Part shown: piece by piece, positions 1 through 12,024 of the stretch
Layout of the letters: each line of letters starts with the position of its first letter
Position numbering within the stretch: the stretch's first letter is position 1
Origin: Octopus sinensis
Lineage: Eukaryota
Direction of reading: 5' to 3'
Assembly: GCF_006345805.1 (NCBI RefSeq)
Contig: NC_043015.1
Span: forward strand, 21,886,001 to 21,950,000
Length of the DNA: 64,000 nucleotides
The notes under the pieces: generated by a model
What the model saw: only the letters and a program-made list of their open reading frames with translations
Databases searched by the model: none
Told to the model about the DNA's origin: nothing
Position numbers and translations under genes: made by a program

Positions 1-605
1 TCGAAATTCTGGTTGCAACCATAGAAAAATTACCTGAATATGGGCATGATAACACTGAATTTTAAATCAAGTAGTTGTGACAAGACTTCTTTAAATATTC
101 TGGTTGGCTTCAGTTCACATCCTTCAAAGGCTTCCTCCATATATACAGAACACCCCTATCCACCTTACTGAATAAAGCGAAATTTTTAACTCTCAACATT
201 GCAAATAAACTCGAAAAAGGCAATTCCATCAAATAGTCTCCTCGTCCGACATTTGTAAACAATCTACATCTGCAAAACGTCAGCCAGTAATTTCATTTCA
301 ACAAATGTATTAGTTCTTGTGTCATTAATGATTACAAAGGACAGATAACCTGCTGTTCGCCCTAATAATTATAGCCTGACGGAGGAAAAGACCACATGAA
401 CTGTATTTCTGGATCGAAATAATCCAACAAATATGGTCATATGACGGATGCAACTAGGCTGTCATTGGAGTAAAACATTATCATCAACAAGAACACCAAC
501 CAACAACAAAAGCAGAAACAGAAACAACAGCGACGACGACGACGACAGAGACAACCACAAACCCGAAGATGAGAAAAACAAGATTTCTATCGATATATTC
601 TTCTT

Positions 606-667
606 CTTCTACTACTACTACTACTACATCTACTACTACTACTACTACTACAACTACTACTACTACT

Positions 668-757
<90 letters not shown>

Positions 758-760
758 ATA
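606..760. repeat. (ACT)n microsatellite
   Basis: Direct tandem ACT repeats; explains the poly-Y/L ORF 448-768. Confidence 0.95.
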
Positions 761-1190
761 TCCACTGATTCGTCAACTTCGGATTATTGTTGGTTCAACC
801 AAATATGTACGCCAGGAATATTGAGGTAATTATATGCAAATATAAACTTTACCATTTTGCGCATATATGTGATTGATATAATGTCACTTGGCAAACTTCA
901 AACACAATTCACGTTAAGGAAAGTCAGTTTATTCCATCTCTAAGATGTTTCCCTCTTCTGACTTGTCATCTGTCAGCCAATCAGTGTTAATTACAATGTC
1001 ACAAACGTGATTGCATTAGAAACAAAATCTCAACGTCATCCTTAAAGTTTTTAATTTTGTAAAGGCAGCGATATCACGTAGAAGCATTCAAATGCAATAC
1101 TAAAGCCTTGAGTGTCTATTTGACATTTATTTGCCTCTGTATGTGCAAGCTTGTGCAAGGCTTCTGGTCATTCGAGGCTACGGCACAACT

Positions 1191-1240
1191 CTTCTGTTTG
1201 TTTCTGATGAGTAGGCTGTCGAATTCGGGTCAATAGAAGC
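1191..1240 (+). ncRNA. Decayed type I hammerhead-like motif
   Basis: CTTCTGTT..CTGATGA G..C GAATTCGGGTC AATAGAAG: core 5' half and stem I present; GAAAC and stem II damaged. Confidence 0.3.
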
Positions 1241-1310
1241 AGGTAGCAATGTCGTCTCTCGCAAAAAGTTGGATAAAAGACCATAAGATATCTACTCTGA
1301 TGTCTAACAG

Positions 1311-1444
1311 TTTCTTGGTTTGATATTTATCCACTTCGGAAGGATGAAAAGCAAATTTGAGATCTACGTGATTTGATATAAGAGTCAGAACGAATCACGC
1401 GAACATTTTATCGAACACGCTATCAATTCAGCTCATTCGCCGTT
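1311..1444 (-). mobile_element. tRNA-derived SINE family B, degenerate
   Basis: Decayed match to the family B body seen at 11482 and 20850. Confidence 0.55.
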
Positions 1445-1829
1445 TTAATAATATCCTCAGGTTTATGTCAATAACACATTTGGAAGAACTGTTTATCTAC
1501 TCGGCATAAGGAATAAAAATTGAACGAGAATTACAAGAAGATTTCCGAGTTTCTATTTCTCAATTCCTAATTTTAGGTTTATTTCAGCTTGGCATCATTG
1601 ATCCATAAACTTGAAATATAATATATGAGATTATACTAGTTTAAGAACTAAAGATGTTGATATGTGAAGAAATCAAAATAAGCAAAAACGCTTCTCTGAA
1701 ATTGTCGCACTACTTATGTGTACAATTTGCCTTCATAAATTATTTAGCGCAAACGTGGGAGTGTTGACGTGGTTATTCGACCCGTTAGTAATAACAGAAT
1801 AAAATTCTATCTCTCATCCCAGTTAAGCC

Positions 1830-2290
1830 AATATTATTTACGGAAGGAGACGTATCGGCTAATGTATGGCGAAAACTACTCCTAAAAATGTAGTGAACGT
1901 AGCTGCAATATATCTGCAGAGAGGTGCGTACGATTGATGCAGTTTTGATGTTAGATACCTTTCTTATTCAATAACCGCAACAGAAAGAACAAAGAAAAGC
2001 ATTAGCCAATGTATCGGTGATGCAAAGGAAAAAGCTAAATATTTCAACACAATTTTAAAATACGCGACCGTCTCTCAAAATATCCTTACCTAATAACTGA
2101 CTGTATTTAGCATTGATATTCACTGCTGTTATCAATATACTAGAGTTTCCTGTCAGTTTATACAATTATACCCCACGATATTGCAATTTCAGGTTCAAAG
2201 CTTTACAATGCTGCCGTCTCTGGATATATAGAAACCTGTTATATGTAGTTTCACCGCATACTTTGTATATATTGTAACTGCTACTAGATT
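1830..2290 (+). pseudogene. Possible rhodopsin-class (sex-peptide/FMRFamide-receptor-like) GPCR relic, TM5-TM7
   Basis: One frame with several stops reads LQYICREVRTIDAVLMLDTFLI..QRKAL..LYLALIFTAVINILEFPVSLY..C..C..NLLYVVSP. Pattern recognition only. Confidence 0.35.
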
Positions 2291-3169
2291 ATTTGATGTC
2301 TTCTTACACGTTATTATTTTATATGAAGTATATTTGTTTGCTTTTTCTTGTAGAAGTAAGACAAGTGCAGATAACTACTTGTTTGATTGCGTTACCAAGG
2401 TGGTTTTATGTCTAAGTTCATGATGATTAACGTATCACATTTTGCAACGATTTAAATCGTTTATCTTTGCATTATATGAAGTGTTTAGATAATTATCCTC
2501 GGTGCTTGTTGGGTAAGCGGGAGAGAAGAAACGATTGCAAGAATCATGTATACACCGATGAAATAAAAGCAGAAACATTTTTTTAGTCAACGTCCCGTAA
2601 TATAATTTATTTTGAAGATATATACTCACGAATATGTTCGTACATTTGTACATTCATATATACTTTCACATTTATATAAAATTGTGTGTATTTGCATGTA
2701 GTCGTGAACCTTGATGTGAATATTTTTATATCTGTGAGAAAGATCTGCGTCCTGGAGTTTGAGGATCCGGTTTTAATTTCGAGACTGTATGATACCCCAA
2801 AATTGCAAAATCTCCTGAAATATTTGCTACATTGATTGAGGTCATTAGATTCTTTAACATAGGTGTTTGCATATTCTACACTTTGTAATCAATCAAACAT
2901 TGGATGCATGGGGTATTAATAACGCCCAAAACCTCGTTTATCCCGGGTATTTGGAGATTAACATGAATAACAGAAAATATAGGAAGCATAGGTTTCATTC
3001 AGAGACCCTAAGTATTACTAAGGATTGTGGATCGTTGTTGTGGTCCGCTATGTTACTTCAAGCAGAATCTGCAATTGATCACCGATTGCTGATAAACGTA
3101 AGCCATTTCACAATGAGCCAACTGTGTTCTCCTGGATCAGGTATGTGTAAATCGGTAATATGCAAGGAT

Positions 3170-4300
3170 ATATATTCTAACATAGAGTTTCAAAAAGGCA
3201 GTGACTTTAAAACAAAACCTCAAATTTTACTCCTGCTTTGTAAGGAATATCGATATTGTGCGCGTTAGATGTCATTCCCGGAAACTATGAGAGCCAAATT
3301 ATTAGCCGTTTACGTATAAAGAACCTGAAGACTGGAAATTGAAATTTTTAATTTCTCCAATTTTTAATTTTATATTATTGAATATCCATACACAAAGATC
3401 ATCCATTTATTTCTTGGACGTGCTAGTAACATGGGAATCCAAAGTTTGGTAACTTTTAAGTTTGTGTTCAAATTGTAGAGGAGTTTATTCACTTTTAAAA
3501 TTAATCTGTTTTTCGGTTTCACTAAGAAGGCGATAAAACGATTCTGTTGCAACGTCTCAAATGCATGCTGTGACCCTTTTCAACCTTCATGAAAAGACTT
3601 ACAAAAAAGATGTCGAGGAAATAATTCAAAATCACTAGATGAAAACTTCTTTAAATCTAACGTAATTCTGGCCAAAATATTTGTAACAAATATCGTAAGA
3701 TATTACCAGAGACAATCCTCAGATGTTTCATCTGTAACTGAACAACCAAAGTGTTTTGAAAATGCTATTTTTTTTCTTTCTTCTAATACTGAATTCCTTT
3801 CATTTAAAGAAATTTCATCAGTACCTCATTGTGAATCATCATTGAATGCATTTGAAATATAAAGGAGCTGGATAAAAGAAAACAGAGAAAATCCAGAAAA
3901 GAATTTCAAAGAACTAAAACTTAGCTTCACTAAATCTAAAATTGAAGAAGAATCCACACAAGAACGGAATGTGAATTTATGAAGGCGTTAAAAGAAAACA
4001 TTACAAGTATTGCCTAAAAGAAGAGAGCATTTTATAATTCTGAGAATCAAACGCAAACTGAAGAGGAATTTGTTATCAATTTTTTGACAAAACAAACTTT
4101 TGTCAAATATGCAATTAGTACTACATTACCAAACGTACTTTTCCAGTTTGGAAGACTGAAACCTGAGGGCAATTATTGCTGTTATTTCTACCGTATGAAG
4201 TGCAGATATCTGAAGGTTGTTTCAAAGATGGACGCAACATGTATTGCATTAGAGTTAATCGGATTCCGATATAGATATTTCCTTAAGCGAAATGGGAGAT
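3170..4300 (+). pseudogene. Possible BTB/POZ-BACK domain relic
   Basis: Interrupted frames give EIEIFNFSNF*FYIIEYPYTKIIHL (BTB-like) and ESSLNAFEI*RSWIKEN (BACK-like). Confidence 0.3.
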
Positions 4301-4629
4301 AATCATTATCACCGTCATCTTAAGCATCATTCCATTATGCAAGTAAAAACATTAGCAGCCTCATTATCATCATGAACATAATCATGAAGTTGATAATAAT
4401 AATGATAATGATGATGATCATTATTATCTTCATCAACTAAGCCATCGTCATCACGTCATCATCCTTATCATCATCATCAACATCATCAACATCGTCGCAT
4501 TCAAATGTCTTACATGTTAATCGAACGTTTTATTAAGAGAGAGATATAATAATTGTCAGAGACAAAAACAACGAAGCAATAAACTGATAACAACAACAAA
4601 AAAGTTCCAAACCTTGACACAAATCAAGC

Positions 4630-5016
4630 AGTGTCGGTGCGGGTGTTAGTCGATTACATCGACCCAAGTTTACAACTGGTACTTCTATCGACTCCAAAAG
4701 ATGAAGGGGGAAAAGTCGACTTCGGTGAAATTTGAATACATGGTGTAAAGGTGGACGAAATGCCGCTTACCATTTTTCCTGTAAGTGCCTTCGACTCTGA
4801 TAGCTTTCCGCCATTCCAACTATAATAGCAATAATAGTCTACTATAAGGCACATGAGCTGAAATTTTGGGACAGAGAATAGTCAATTATACCGCCACAGT
4901 TGTTCAATTGGTAATTAGTCCATAGAACCATAGAACCCAAAAGGATCAATAGCAAAGTGAAGCTCGGCGGAATTGTAAATACTACGAACCATTTTCCCTG
5001 GTGCGCCAACAATTTT

Positions 5017-5018
<2 letters not shown>
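4630..5018 (-). mobile_element. Two adjacent degenerate family B SINEs
   Basis: CGATTACATCGACCC..ACTGGTACTT..GATGAA..AAAGTCGAC..GACGAAATGCCGCT motifs occur twice. Confidence 0.7.
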
Positions 5019-5072
<54 letters not shown>

Positions 5073-5101
5073 TAATAATAATAATGATAATAATAATAAC
5101 G

Positions 5102-5172
<71 letters not shown>
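5019..5172. repeat. (AAT)n microsatellite flanking R4/Dong element
   Basis: Direct repeats. Confidence 0.95.
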
Positions 5173-5177
<5 letters not shown>

Positions 5178-6575
5178 GGTGTTAGGTGTTAGCTATAAAT
5201 TCCTTAGCAGTTCCAGTTGTTACTTATAGCTACAATGTGTTGAACTGGAATATGAGTGAAGTAAAGAATATAGATAGGAAAATACGCAAGCTGCTGAGTT
5301 GTAATAGGATGCACCACCCAAAGGCAGACGTAGATCGCCTTTACCTTCCCAGAGCCCAAGGAGGTCGAGGCCTGATCCAATTTGAACTAGCTTACAAAAC
5401 AACCACAATTGGACTGGCCAAATATCTTGAAATAACGAATGACTGGATGCTAAAGCTCGTGGAAAATCACGAGAGACGAAAGAAGCTTCATTCTATCATA
5501 AAGGAAAGCAAAAAATTTGCTATTGATCTCATTCAGGATACCCAAACTGAACAACCCGAGGGAAGTACGGCAACTATTGTTGCAAAGAAGGTACACATAA
5601 TGGCAACGAAAAAAGCGCACGAGCAATTGGCTGATAGGTGGGAGGAGAAACCTTTGCACGGCAAATATGTGGCCCGCAGCAAACAAGCTGATGTTGACCA
5701 GAAGCAAACCCATCAGTGGCTACGGAGCTCAGGGCTAAAAGCAGAGATCGAAGGTTTCATCCTGGCTGCTCAAGATCAAAGCCTATTAACCCGGAACTAC
5801 CAGGCCAATGTGATGAAAAATGGAGCAGACGCAAAATGCAGATTCTGCAACGACATGATTGAAACAGTGGACCACCTAATCTCTGGATGTAAAGTCTTAG
5901 CACCAGTGGAGGATAAATTAAGACATGACAGATTTGGCCAATATCTACACTGGCTAATAAGTCGGCATTACAATATCAAAACTGCCGACAAGTGGTATAA
6001 TCACCACCCTGAGGCTGTAACTGAAGGAGAAAATGTAACCATTCTGTGGGACTTTCCAGTACATACAGACCGAACCATTAAGGCCAATAAACCAGACATT
6101 GTTGTGAAAGACCAAAACAATAAAGTTTGCTTATTGATCGACATGCGCATCCCCTGTGATCATAATATCTCAGCGAAAGAGTTTGACAAGCTCAGAAAAT
6201 ATAAAGACCTACTCATTGAAATTGAGAAAATGTGGCATCTCAAGGCGGTTACAATACCAGTGATCGTCGGAGCACTAGGAATGATCAAGAAGGGAACCGA
6301 AAATTATATGAGAATGATCCCTGGCTTACCATCCCTGCAAGAAGTGCAAAAGATTGTCTTAACTGGTACATCACACGTATTGAGAAGAGCATTGTCGATG
6401 TGAGAACTGTTGCTGCTCATGTATTTTAATTTAACTTTAAAAAAAAAGAAAATGAACGAACTATTGAGTTTGGTTTAATGGCCTACCAATGTATACTATG
6501 AGTTTCTTTGCCCTAGGAGTCGGGAAGACACTCGGCAAGAAATGGAAGCAAATTTGAAAGTGGAAAAAAAAAAAA
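5173..6575 (+). mobile_element. 5'-truncated R4/Dong-clade non-LTR retrotransposon
   Basis: Open frame 5186-6403, 3' UTR with stem-loop, (AAT)n on both sides. Confidence 0.9.
5186..6403 (+). CDS. C-terminal part of R4/Dong ORF: post-RT region, CCHC finger, restriction-like endonuclease
   Basis: HPKADVDRLYLPRAQGGRGL; CRFCNDMIETVDHLISGC; KPDIVV..LIDMRIP..K..KY.DL (PD-D/ExK type). No true start codon; truncated. Confidence 0.85.
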   Translation: MLAINSLAVPVVTYSYNVLNWNMSEVKNIDRKIRKLLSCNRMHHPKADVDRLYLPRAQGGRGLIQFELAYKTTTIGLAKYLEITNDWMLKLVENHERRKKLHSIIKESKKFAIDLIQDTQTEQPEGSTATIVAKKVHIMATKKAHEQLADRWEEKPLHGKYVARSKQADVDQKQTHQWLRSSGLKAEIEGFILAAQDQSLLTRNYQANVMKNGADAKCRFCNDMIETVDHLISGCKVLAPVEDKLRHDRFGQYLHWLISRHYNIKTADKWYNHHPEAVTEGENVTILWDFPVHTDRTIKANKPDIVVKDQNNKVCLLIDMRIPCDHNISAKEFDKLRKYKDLLIEIEKMWHLKAVTIPVIVGALGMIKKGTENYMRMIPGLPSLQEVQKIVLTGTSHVLRRALSM

Positions 6576-6609
6576 CAATAATAATGATAATAACGATAAT
6601 AAAAATTAA

Positions 6610-6667
<58 letters not shown>

Positions 6668-6739
6668 TAATAATAATAATAACAACAACAGCATTCGTTT
6701 TCATTTCTATGCTTAATACTGTGTCAGATTCTAATACTT

Positions 6740-7900
6740 AGTATCTGATTGAGTATGGACTATAGAAATGAAATCTCAAACTGAGGAGTACATTAGACGG
6801 TGAGAAAGTTAATGAAGACGAAGTTAAGTGGCAGAATCGTTACTTAGATACTGAGCAGCTTTTGTAGATTGGACACAAACTAAATTAGTAAAGCTAGGCA
6901 GAAGAAATCGGAAGCAATTTCATATGAACGAAAGACTCCACCGAAAGGCAGGAATAGTAAAAATATGCTTACCTAAAAAGGAAGTGGGAAGAGGGCGGAC
7001 TTAGCTGGAGTAGATATAGACCTATGACAGTAATAGTGAATAAAGTTTATTACGCGTTGCTTGTGTCTCGGCAAGACAGTGAAAATGAAAAACCAAATTA
7101 AGTTACAAAACCAGAAGAAAGACAAAAGTTATCTGACTGGCAGGAAAAGGCGTTGCATAGTAGGTTCCCAAAGATAGTTGCAGCAATCAGTAGTAGTGAG
7201 ACATGGTTATGGTTGCAGAAAGGAAGGCTATAAATGGAGACAGAAATTTTGTTAGTAGCAGCATAAGATCAAGTATTAATGACTAACTAGATAAAAAGAA
7301 AGACATGCAAAACCAAGTAGATTACTAATGTAGGTTTTTCACATCAAAAGAGGAAAGTGTTGTTCATATACTAAGTGAATGTAGCATAGTGGCACAAAAA
7401 GAATACAAGAAAAGACATGAGTAATCCCTTGGAGTTATGTAGAAAGCGAGAATTTGAACATACTAATAAATGGTATGAACATGAAACTAGTAAAATACTA
7501 GAAGGTAAGAAATATAAGATATCGTGGAACATTAACATTCAGACTGAAGAGTAATAGAAGCTAGATGGCCTGATAGTAGACAAAAAGAATAGAAAGTGTG
7601 AGATAATCGACTTTATAATCCCCAATGATAAAAATAAGGAATATAAGAGACAGAAAAATAGTAAAGTACCAGGACCTAGCCATTGAAAAACAGCAGTAGG
7701 AACTCTCCCCGGATATTTGAACAGATGGATAGAGGAATTAGGCATAAAACCCAGGTCACTACATCTGCAGAGAACAGTGTTATTAGAGGACAGCTAGAAA
7801 ACTTAGGAGGTTCTTGGTATCTAAGGTTGCTTGTTGTAGACCGATGTTAATTATTTTTCTTTTCTAACAGTCTAATCTGTTGAGTGTATATGAATACTAC
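6740..7900 (+). mobile_element. Old, heavily mutated R4/Dong-clade fragment
   Basis: Broken frames: LHRKAG..LPKKEVGRG, WQEKALH, LVAA*DQ, ESVVHILSEC, KWYEH, CEIIDF, KYQDLAIE. Confidence 0.8.
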
Positions 7901-7948
7901 TCTTCCTCCTCCTCCTCCTACTACTACTACTACTACTGCTGCTGCGGT

Positions 7949-7981
<33 letters not shown>

Positions 7982-7998
7982 ACTACTACTACTACTAC

Positions 7999-8050
<52 letters not shown>

Positions 8051-8575
8051 GATACGAGAATGTGGCCAGATATGTGCACTGGCTGCTGTGCAGTAAACGA
8101 AACTTCGAGAGAGCCGCACTGTTGCATGAACATAAGCCAGAGGGAGTAATCGAAAACAAACATTGCAAAATACACTGGGATTTTAAAGTTTTAACGTACA
8201 GTGCTACTAAGTCATAGAGGCACGACGGTGAGAGATCGTGATCATCCATAAAGAAGAAAAAGAAGCAAAGACGATAGATGCTGCATTACGAGGCGATTCA
8301 AAGGTGAAACATAAGGAAAAGAGTGAGAAATATCAGCCACTGCTGGACGAGATAGGAATGTTATGGGGCACGAGAAGTTGTTTTGAGAATCATGTTAAGA
8401 ATATTGGAGCTACTGTCAGGCTCGAAGTGTTCCAGAAGACAGTATTGTTGGGTAGAACTCACATTCTAAGGAGAATATCGTATCATTGAGTCACAGGAGG
8501 CGGCGCTAGTTGAAACCTCTGGTGATTTGTTGTTGCCTGCTTTCAACTAAAGAACAACCGGTAATTAAGAGTCTT
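8051..8575 (+). mobile_element. R4/Dong-clade 3' fragment (third subfamily)
   Basis: RYENVARYVHWLLC..HEHKPEGVIEN..KIHWDF..KYQPL..QKTVLLG..ILRR; (AAT)n on both sides. Confidence 0.8.
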
Positions 8576-8619
8576 TCATAATAATGGTAATCAGGATAAT
8601 AATAATAATAATAATAATA

Positions 8620-8666
<47 letters not shown>

Positions 8667-8686
8667 TAATAATAATAATAATAATA

Positions 8687-9191
8687 AAAGGTCACACCAG
8701 AAAAGGTCACAGAAAACGAGAAAGCAACCATACTCTGGGATATGCCGATACACACAGATAGAGAAATTAAGGCCAACAGACCAGATATAGTTGTCAGAGA
8801 TCATGAAGAAAAAAAATGCTTTCTAATTGATGTATCAATACCGGCTGATGACAACGTGTCTCTAAAAGAAATGGAGAAACTCTCAAAATACAAAGACCTG
8901 GAAATAGAGGTAACTAGAATGTGGAATTTGAAAACAGAAACAATTCCTATCATAGTAGGTGCATTAGGCATGATAAAAAAATATTCAGACAAATACATAA
9001 CAAAAACACCAGGACTTACAAACACATATAACATACAGAAAATTGCACTACTAGACACTGCACACATCCTACGCAGAACACTTTCCATACAATAACCATC
9101 AGAGCATCACAACAAATCACAGCACATACCCAAGGCACACAGAGCTGTGCTCGGTAGTGAAGTGAAAGCACGCTATAAAAATAAAACTACT
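8687..9191 (+). mobile_element. R4/Dong-clade 3' fragment (fourth subfamily, young)
   Basis: Open frame TILWDMPIHTDREIKANRPDIVV..LIDVSIP..KYKDLEIE..ILRRTLSIQ*; short 3' UTR; (AAT)n on both sides. Confidence 0.9.
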
Positions 9192-9213
9192 GAATAGTAA
9201 TAATAATAATAAT

Positions 9214-9260
<47 letters not shown>

Positions 9261-9400
9261 TAACGATGACGACGACGACGATGATGTTAATAATAATAAT
9301 AACACTAATAACAACAACAACAACAACAATAATAATAATAAGAAGAAGAACAACAACAATAACAACAATAGCAACAATAATAACAACAACAATAATAATA

Positions 9401-11060
9401 GACAGCATGAAGAGCTCGATGCGATTGCAATAGATATGTTATTTGTCGAGTTAAAACTGAAAAGTGAAAGAAAACTATTCCATCAATTTTTTCTCTGTTG
9501 CTTATTGAGGTTTCTGTTAGAAAGTAAAAATAATGAACTTTGGACAGAAATTTTACCGCCGGACAAGGGATTTCGACCTGGTAAATCCCAATGGCATTTA
9601 ATTCGAGACACACTTACTGAAGTCATTCACATCCCTACATGGATATAAACCAGTAGTCTGGTTACGTTCACTGGTGACGTCTTTGTTGTCTGGGATGTAA
9701 GTTTGGGTATGTCTACATTGGTGTTGAGAAGATTTAATTATTTTTGTTTAATTGATTTCTTGCATTTCTCTAACTCTTATGCTAAAGACAATGGCTTTAA
9801 GTCTAACAGAATTATGTCTAAATTTTCAAATACTAGCGTTGAGGTTTTGGAAACATAAGTTTTCTGGAGTTATGTTGCAAGACCACATCATAACACTTTT
9901 ACTTCCACCGTCACTCCGATCACTCACATAGTATTATTCGATAAAATCCGAAAACCTAATTTTTTAGGATAAAACGGATTTGTGCTGAGATTGGGGATTA
10001 CTGGAAACATGCAACTACTTTTGTACACCATTATGTCAAACGTAGTTACAGTGAATCCCAATAAAGAAAATGGCAATTGACGAAGCTAAGATTAACAAAA
10101 AAAATCAAATTTTCACACATAATTTTAGAAAACACAGTACAATATGTGACAGAATTTCTGGCACCGAAATTTCGCTGGTGTTTCAAAAGAGCTGTATGAA
10201 AATTACCATCATGTTGCAGCAAAATATCCTCGTTTCAAACAAATATATCCTCATCCGCCTATTGTAGCATTTAGACGGAATGAAATTGTAAGAGAACTAT
10301 TAACCTCTCCTTCTGACTACAGGAAAAACTGACATTGCTGTATCTGCACGCTGTACCTTGAAAATCAGCCGCAAGTGAGTTAAACCCTGTTCAATGTGAA
10401 GAAGAGTAAAGTGAATTCCATTAGGAATCATAACAGAAATGTTATGATTTACACAAAAGGTTGGACAAGTAGAGATTCGCATTTGGTGTAAGCAGCAGAA
10501 TACATGAAACGCAAATTGATTTATGTTGGTTGTACAAAAGCAAACAATTACACAAAAGATTTAATGGACTCATATATGACGTCAGGTACAATAACAGTAG
10601 TTCAACAGAACGTGCCAAACATTTTGCATCAAACGGCTGCAATTTTCAAAAAGACTTGAAAGTGCAGATTCTCAGAAAATATCATTCTGAATCAGATACA
10701 CTTTCAATGCTCAAAATGCATGATGAGAAATATATTTGCGGGTTACTGACTTCACGCCCTGGAGGAAAGAATAAAACAACAGAATTGCAACAAATTTACA
10801 CAAAACTGTTTGATGAAATATATTTCTTCTTTTTCCTTTTCTTTCTTCTTTCCGTTTCTATTTTCTCTTTTTTTTCTTTTCGCCAGTTGTAAAATTCAAA
10901 CTTGAAGACTAATGGTGTCTTTCCATCAACGCATGGACGTTGGTGGCTCTCGACCATACTTTCGATTTGAATTTCTAAAATTTTGGATTTTTATGACTTT
11001 TCATTTTGAACTCGACAAACTTGCTGTCGAAATATCGTTCAACAATTAAAACATCTATTG
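9401..11060 (+). mobile_element. Decayed Penelope-like element (RT 3' half plus GIY-YIG)
   Basis: NFGQKFYRRT, KPVVWLR..GDVFVVW, FRIKRIC..Y.KRSY, IYVGC..QLHKRFNG..AKHF..EKYIC.L.T..PGGKN across frameshifts. Confidence 0.8.
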
Positions 11061-11144
11061 CAGTCGCATTGCGCACTTCCTCTTGTTTTTTTTTACCTTT
11101 GTGAAGAGTTACGTCAATCCTTTTAAAATAATAATAATAATATA

Positions 11145-11190
<46 letters not shown>

Positions 11191-11335
11191 CCTTTCTACT
11201 GAAGGGGCTAGGCCTTGAAATTTTGGGGGAGGGGACTTGTCTGTAACGTCGACCCAAGTGTTTCACTGTTAATTAAATTATCGCTCCCGAAAGGATGTAA
11301 AGCGGAGTCGATCTTGGCGGAATTTGAATTTTATA
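11191..11335 (-). mobile_element. Family B SINE, 3' half with (ATT)n tail
   Basis: CCTTTCTACT..AGGCCTTGAAATTTTGGGGGAGGGG..GAAAGGATG..GGCGGAATTTGAA. Confidence 0.75.
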
Positions 11336-11372
11336 TTACTACTACTATTAAAACTACTACTACTACTACTAC

Positions 11373-11419
<47 letters not shown>

Positions 11420-11481
11420 TACTACTACTACTACTAATAATAATAATAATAATGATAATAATAATGATAATGATTCCAAAT

Positions 11482-11688
11482 TTTTGACAGAATTGCAGCC
11501 TAGGGGAAATGGGGATGAGTCGATTACGTCTACCCCCGTGTTCTACTGGTACTTATTTTATCGACCCCGAAATGATGAAATGCAGAGTCGATCTTGGCAG
11601 AATTTGAACTCAGAACGTAAGTATGGACGAAATGCCGCTTAGTATTTTGTCCGGCGTGCTATATCCATTCTGCCTCCATGCCGTCTTT
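11482..11688 (-). mobile_element. Family B SINE
   Basis: GTCGATTAC..ACTGGTACTTATTTTATCGACCCCGAAA..GGCAGAATTTGAACTCAGAACGTAA..GACGAAATGCCGCT. Confidence 0.85.
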
Positions 11689-12024
11689 AAAAAAAAAAAT
11701 AATGATAAAACTGGCCTACTGCGTTTGAAATTCTATCCTCAACTTAGTCAACTTTGCTTTCCTTCCTTTCTGATTAAATAATGATGAAAAGAATATTTGC
11801 TTTGAAAAGGGTACAGTTCTAAAAACTAAACTTAATGTAAGCATCCTTAGATACCATTATTTACGTCACGATCTTAAATTTCGCATTTTCATCTCTGTTG
11901 GGAATCCATTCTATTTTCGCCATCAAAATTCGTATTTAAGCTCTTGGATTACAGACATTTACTCTTATTAGTGTCTCTCAAAAGATTGCGAAATAGCAGA
12001 ATCATTAGAGCTTCAGTTAAATGC

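Noticed and set aside
34-272. Possible minus-strand exons with GTAAT/GTAAG donors
   Set aside because: No frame stays open across the candidate exon and no protein is recognisable.
448-768. ORFs rich in poly-Y, L, I, N, V, YI, CV or LSIY here and throughout the window
   Set aside because: They are translations of microsatellites.
975-984. Perfect NF-Y box AGCCAATCAG
   Set aside because: A single short motif with no gene or TSS evidence.
1850-2080. Minus-strand frame with SVAVIE*ERYL, GPCR TM3-like
   Set aside because: It overlaps the better plus-strand candidate and shows how easily such patterns arise by eye.
11005-11042. Hammerhead-like stems at the 3' end of the old PLE
   Set aside because: The CUGANGA core is absent.
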